Shown piece after piece: positions 58,428-64,000 of a DNA stretch of 64,000 nucleotides; positions within the stretch are counted from its first letter, which is position 1; every line of letters begins with the position of its first letter. The position numbers and the translations under genes were made by a program. Source of the DNA: Schizosaccharomyces osmophilus. Taxonomy: Eukaryota. The notes beneath the pieces were generated by a model. The model was not told the origin of the DNA. It was given only the letters and a program-made list of their open reading frames with translations, and did no database searches. The stretch covers positions 1,798,001 to 1,862,000 of the forward strand of contig NC_079238.1 in the NCBI RefSeq assembly GCF_027921745.1. Direction: 5' to 3'.

Positions 58428-58852
58428 AATTTTTTCTTTTTTTTTTTTTCATCACATTGAGCTGAACAATACTTTGCTCTTGCTCATGTTGTATTGGAGT
58501 CATCGTCCGGTGATTAAGTAAAGTGATGAAACCGACTACTTGAGGCAAACCCAGTTCAACGACCGGGAAGAAAAAGCTAATCAAAAAGGTTAAAAGATAT
58601 TGGAATTAGGAAAAGTTGTGCATTTCAACTTAATTATCGAGAAACTAAATCGAAAATGATTAGAGCATTCATTTGACGGGGAAAACTTCAGAAACCTAAT
58701 ATAGATTCCTGATATTTCCTTCTTATGTATTATATTTTTGATTTTTTTCCGCTTTTCTAATCCTATTTTATATTTAGCATCATGAATCAAACAAAGAATA
58801 TAATCACACAAAATCACGATACTTTTCAGATAAATATAAAAAAGGATAATTA

Positions 58853-58924
58853 TTCCGTCAGGGGGAATCGAACCCCCGCCGCATCGGTGAGAGCGATGAA
58901 TCCTAGCCACTGGACCATGACGGA
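58853..58924 (-). tRNA. tRNA-Glu(CTC)
   Basis: TCCGTCATGGTCCAGTGG..CT CTC AC..GGTTCGATTCC..GACGGAA. Confidence 0.96.
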
Positions 58925-59433
58925 TTTCTTACAATCCAGATGTAAGAAGAAACTTACAATTGGCAAACATAATTATCTGATCGAAATTAAGTTGATTCAT
59001 GCACGAAGAGTTAATATGTAGTAGATAGATACATTCCTGGTGGTAACCGAAATGAAAAAAATGGTTTCTGGTCTTTACAATAAATTTCATCAAATTTAAT
59101 ATAACTTTTTTATTTTATTTTATTTTATTCTACTAACTTTGCTCCATGCAGAAAGCAATCCCATCTAGAACTTCGTATCGTCCATCAAAGATTATAATAA
59201 AAAGGTATGCGTAAATAGAAACAAGTAGCGATGCAAAAAAAAAAAAAAAGAAACAGAAACCGTAGAGACAATTAAACAACAAGAGGTCAGTAAAAGAGTA
59301 GTAGAACTTGTAAGAATATAGAATCAAAGTTTTTTACTGACCAAGTAATTTTGCAACAATATCATTTGAAAATGACAATGAAAATGAATGAAGAAAATCA
59401 AATATGGAAAGAGAAAAAGAAAAAGAAAAATTT

Positions 59434-59542
59434 TGACCAGTGAGGGATTCGAACCCTCGCATCTTTCGATATAGCAAGACTTGATTGAACAGTCCAAGTT
59501 TTCACTTGAGTGCTACGCCATAGACCGCTCGGCCAACTGGCC
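59434..59542 (-). tRNA. tRNA-Leu(CAA), about 27-nt intron
   Basis: GGCCAGTTGGCCGAGCGG..TAGCA CT CAA G[intron]T TGCTA, long variable arm, GGTTCGAATCC..CTGGTCA. Confidence 0.95.
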
Positions 59543-60315
59543 ATTGGATGACTACTCTTTACTTAAAAAATATATCAACGACTTTTTACCTTTTTATTTT
59601 TGTTTTTAATTTTTTTGGGGGACTATCTCATATCTTACCTGCGATCATCCAATGCAACAACCCATCAACCACCTACCACCTACCACCTGCTAAATACTGT
59701 TACTTTCTTTCTGCCTTTCGTAACGTACTTATCAAATAGAAACGAATTTTTACAATATGAATTGATTTTTTATTCGTCGGTTCCTCCTTCTTAAAAATAA
59801 AATAAAACAATTGTAACAATTGTTATAAAACAAAAAAAAAAAAGAAATGGTAGAAAAAAAAAACGAAAAAAATGAATTTCTTCTTGCATACGATGGTGAT
59901 TCTGCTTTATTTTTTTCTATCTTTTTTTTTTTTCACCAGTTGACTGATGATGATAGCTCATAGATAACACAGCATAGAAAACAGCTACAGCTATTATGAC
60001 TATACTATCGCTCGAAAAAAAATCCTGTTCCTCATTTCTTCTACTGTATTTACATACAATCACTGCAAAGCTTTAACAATCAGTGACAGTGCAAGTATTA
60101 TGGGAACTTACTTACATAGATGCAAAGAAAAGAAAATTCTGTAAAAGTAACAGCAACAACGATTTAAGAAGATAGGTATGAAGACTACACTAAACTCGAA
60201 TTATTTTGATTTTAATTTTCATTTTAATTTTTATCCGTAATTATCAATAATGAAAAAGAGCTTCGCAAAATTAGATAGTAGTGAATATATTTTTAATGGT
60301 AAGCATCATAACAAG

Positions 60316-60399
60316 TCCCGGGTAGCTCAATCGGTTTAGAGCGTCTGACTCTTATGAAAGGTCATCAGAAGGTTGCGAGTTCGAGTCTCGCCTTGGGAG
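60316..60399 (+). tRNA. tRNA-Lys(CTT), about 9-nt intron
   Basis: TCCCGGGTAGCTCAATCGG..TCTGA CT CTT A[TGAAAGGTC]A TCAGA..AGTTCGAGTCT..TTGGGAG. Confidence 0.95.
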
Positions 60400-63300
60400 C
60401 TCCTTTTATTTTTCCAACTTCTTGTTTCACATTTTTAAGCAATATGTGAAGGTTTTGTCTATTCTGAGCCTCTCAAACTTATGTCAAACTTTTTAGTACT
60501 GTAGCCTTAACGTTATCCTCTGTTCAGTAAATGCTGACAGCATATCATATTTTTCAATACAACTACCGACAGAGATTTTTACTAGAAGACAATCTAAATA
60601 AACATTTATTTTTACAAATTAGTTTGTACTCATAAGAGGTTTAGTCTGATAAATCACTCGTTTCCAGCTCAAAAAAAAGCATGAAATTAAAACGAAACAC
60701 ATACTTAGATCCTTAAAAATGATATTGTTCATCAAAGTTTAATTTTTTTTCTTGCCCAAATGTTTTTGGCTTTAGGTGCTGATAAAGCGGTAGGGTCAGT
60801 CAATTAATCCCACCGATTGAGTATAATGTACCTGGTAAGCAGACTATTATAATTTATATGCAGTTGTGGTACTCAGAATCAACGTTAAGCAATTTACAAA
60901 AAAAAGTTAGTAACTTAATTAAATCCAAGTCGTAAAAGGCCACATTCTGATTAGTACGAATAGTAAAAGTGTCTGAGGTAGAGGTACAAGATAAATGCAG
61001 TAAAAAGTAGTTAAACTAAAACGACGCTAAAATTGCTTATAAAAGTGAACTTCTAATTTATATTTAATATGACTTCGTAGGTTTTATGAAAGTACACAAC
61101 CATGTGAAAGTCACATCGATATCGTATTTTTCATTTCGACATGCAAACGACTAACTAGCTTTGTCTTTGATATAAATATCAACGTTTTAAGGCACTTCTG
61201 CTAAACGAGGAAGGAAAATCCCACGGTAAAACTGCCGGGAGCAAATCACTCTTACGGAGATGGGCTTAACGATATATATGATACACCATTGGTAACAAAA
61301 ATACTCATTTCTATTTAGTGCTGGAATCTAAATTTTTAATAGTTTGTCTTTACTGTGGATGATAATAGCAACCTTTACACTACGAAAAACATATAGTGCG
61401 TTTTTTTGTTTAATTGACAGTTCACACCACGGGCTAAGTAGGAAACCGTCTGAATCGCATGCAATGATATCGAAATAAACTAGCTCTTTTGAACAGTATC
61501 AATAATCTGTGGTTTAGCCAAAATAAGGAGAAGAAAAATCGTTTGGCGCCCTTTTTTTAATTTATGCCTACTAAAGAAGACTTCAATTCTCAAAATGTCC
61601 TTGGTTAAATGAATCAAGCTTGAGCGGATTGGCAAGTTCTTTTAGGTCACTGTTGTCAAAAAATACAAAAGATTATTCTTAAAGTGTCAAGGCGTTGGTA
61701 TAATTATGATAAAAGCATTATCAATATTTCAATCTACCAGAATAAGAATAACTAGATAGGTATGAAGACTAAGCTATGCAGGCCTTTCTTTAATGATTGC
61801 ATGCAACAAACAAAGCGTGTTTGTCAAGCAAAGCTGAAAACATGTTGCAGCAGCTTAAAAGTTACTTTGTGATTTAAATAGTCGAGGGACATTATATATC
61901 GAAGGATAGGTAAAAAGAAAATCTTTATTGTCGACGGCTAGGAAGAAAGCATTATAATTATGGCTACGCATGAATGATAGCTTTATTTATTTATTTTAAC
62001 ATTAAAGCAGTGAACTGAGCATCCACTGAAAGAATAAATTAAAAAACACAACTAGTAAATAAACAGGTGCTACCGTTTTTATATTTCAGCCAAGAATGAT
62101 GTTCTGTCGGGGGTTTCTTTAGGAAGAGCTGGTGTCTTGCACTCTGAAGGTATTATGTGAAAGAATATTATTGTTTTACTGCTATCTCTTAAGGCTGTGT
62201 GCCGCAAAAAAGACGTGTATAAAAAGTCAACGAAGTAATAGTAAAATTCATTATAGCATTTATTCATTAAGCAGCGATATCGTTTATGTGAAGGGTGCTA
62301 TCGTTAACGTTTTTGAACTCACATATTCAAGGCATTTACTTCGGTCGTCCTCTGTGATTATAAAATTTATCTCAGTCTGCTTTACTTAAATAATGAAAAG
62401 CAAAGAAAGGAACATTGGTTTTGAAGTCAAATGGCTTTCAGTTATCGTATTATTTACATTACTATGGGCAACGTCTACTTCAGATTTAGTGCGTACTTTG
62501 ATATGAGCTCGTTTTCATTTAGCATCATTAATACTATGCTAGCAAAGAAATAGGAAAAAAAACTTAGTTTAATGCTAGTCAGAATGATTACTCTGCTTCA
62601 CTGAAGATTATTAAGGTATTTAGAAATAATATATATATATATATATATCTTTTTCAAATAACGTTCGTCAGATACTTTCTTAACTTTGCGTTTGTTTACT
62701 GAGAGAGCTGTACGATTTGAACACTTGGGTTAGGCTCGTGAGAGATAGTTCACTTCATGTTAAATAAATGCTGATGTGAAATGAAGTGACTAAAAAAATA
62801 AAAGAAATTACAAATAACTAACAAACATAGACGCAATACGGATATCACGATCGTTTATTATTTCGTTGTCAGCTTCTTTCTTTTACGTAAAAAACTTTAC
62901 TGAAAAATAAATTGCAAGCAGGATGGGCTGTACGTAACACGTCAAACCCTTTTGTTTTAATTTTCACTGTCTTGGCTGTCTTCACTGTAGCCTTTTACAT
63001 GCAATTAACTAAAATAACTTTATATGAATAAACGTGGTATGTTCCGACACTCAAGTGGTGGTGTGGTACGGTGGGTGGGCTTAGCCCGGTTACTAATATT
63101 TCTTGTTCGACGGATGAGATAAAAAACATTGTTAAACTCATGTACGGAGCAATTGTATGGCTTATTTTGTTTATAGAGAAAGAAAGCACACATAATAGCA
63201 TAGATTAATCCTAAATGCTTCCTTTGATCATAAGCTTTTCCATCTATGCGATCTTTCCCCGTACATACCAGAATTGTAAAAAAAAGAAAGGCTTTCAACG

Positions 63301-64000
63301 AGTTACGTATTTCGGACACAGTTCCATGGAATTCATTACAGAATCGATGATTTTGTAGCACGCGAGAAATTTCTTGATGTTTAATGAAAAAAAAAAATGA
63401 TTCATCAGATGCATGCATGAAAGCCCTTGAGGATTCGTAAGAGTAGGTTGTTTTAGTATTTAGATTCGGGTTGTTAATTGCAATGCATTGTACATTTAAC
63501 ATTTCTTGCCTTTGTATTTCCATTGTCTCATAAAAAATCGATTCTGATGAGCTTCGTTAATTTTCACAAATTAACGCATGCATTGAAAAGTGAGAAAATT
63601 GCTTTAATTTGATTAGGAAGAAGACACTTGTTCGCGTCCGCCTACTGGTAGGGAGCGGAGATAATAATAGCAGCAATTCAAGAAAACTTCAATTTAAGTC
63701 GTATTGGAAACTTGAACATAGTAACTGCTCAAAACAATTACTATAGTTAATAATCCAACTATTTTTGTATCTATAAATGCACCTTCTCAATTCATCCGCC
63801 TTCCATAAAGGACAGTTCAAATTATCTTTAGCCGAAACAGAAGCGAAAATGCCATTATGCATATTCAAGCTGGGTCAGGCCTTTGTCAATAATAGGATCT
63901 GAGATTTATTTATTTATCTCCTAGCTACCTAAGTACTAGAATCAGCATGGGTTTGAAAAGTGATCTGTATGAAACCTATTTATGGCATAGCATATAGGAA
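60400..64000. other. Probable centromere inner repeat / central core (CENP-A domain), running off the window
   Basis: AT-rich, no credible gene, and located inward of the 5S repeats and the Leu-Lys tDNA pair. Inferred from known fission-yeast centromere layout. Confidence 0.6.

Noticed and set aside
63020..63523. 167-aa minus-strand ORF in the presumptive central core
   Set aside because: No recognisable domain, composition typical of AT-rich non-coding DNA, and a context expected to be gene-free; cannot be fully excluded without expression data.

Overview
Eukaryotic DNA from a fission yeast (Schizosaccharomyces). It is probably not S. pombe but the octosporus/osmophilus/cryophilus clade, judged by diverged proteins and 5S-rDNA-based centromeric repeats. 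Bases 1-46.6 kb are a gene-dense chromosome arm whose order matches my recollection of the S. pombe SPBC19C2/SPBC21B10 block beside centromere 2: mdm34, a BAR-SH3 adaptor, sre1, prp38, fba1, pat1, ubp11, rpc10, pmt1, cdc28, a small conserved ORF, ath1, nrf1/vtc1, pop3, inp2, a GH16 glucanase, an ABM-like protein, an acetyl-CoA transporter, kgd4/ymr31, rps4, dpm2, rec6 and yox1. One extra gene, a CENP-B/Cbp1-family domesticated pogo transposase, lies between nrf1 and pop3. I reconstructed several spliced genes that the ORF track misses or fragments (rpc10, kgd4, dpm2, 3-exon inp2, 5-exon rec6). From 47.4 kb the window appears to enter a centromere: a tRNA cluster (Arg, Ile, Ala, Val, Asp), a probable decayed Ty3/gypsy integrase relic, tRNA-Ala, about 2.4 tandem 2-kb 5S-rDNA repeats that differ essentially only in microsatellite length, tRNA pairs Phe/Glu and Leu/Lys, then gene-free AT-rich DNA that is probably the inner repeat/central core. 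I found no clearly new multi-gene system. The best leads are the integrase relic, the non-syntenic Cbp1-family gene, the full rec6 model and the 5S/microsatellite array. All identifications are by eye and from memory; no searches were run.
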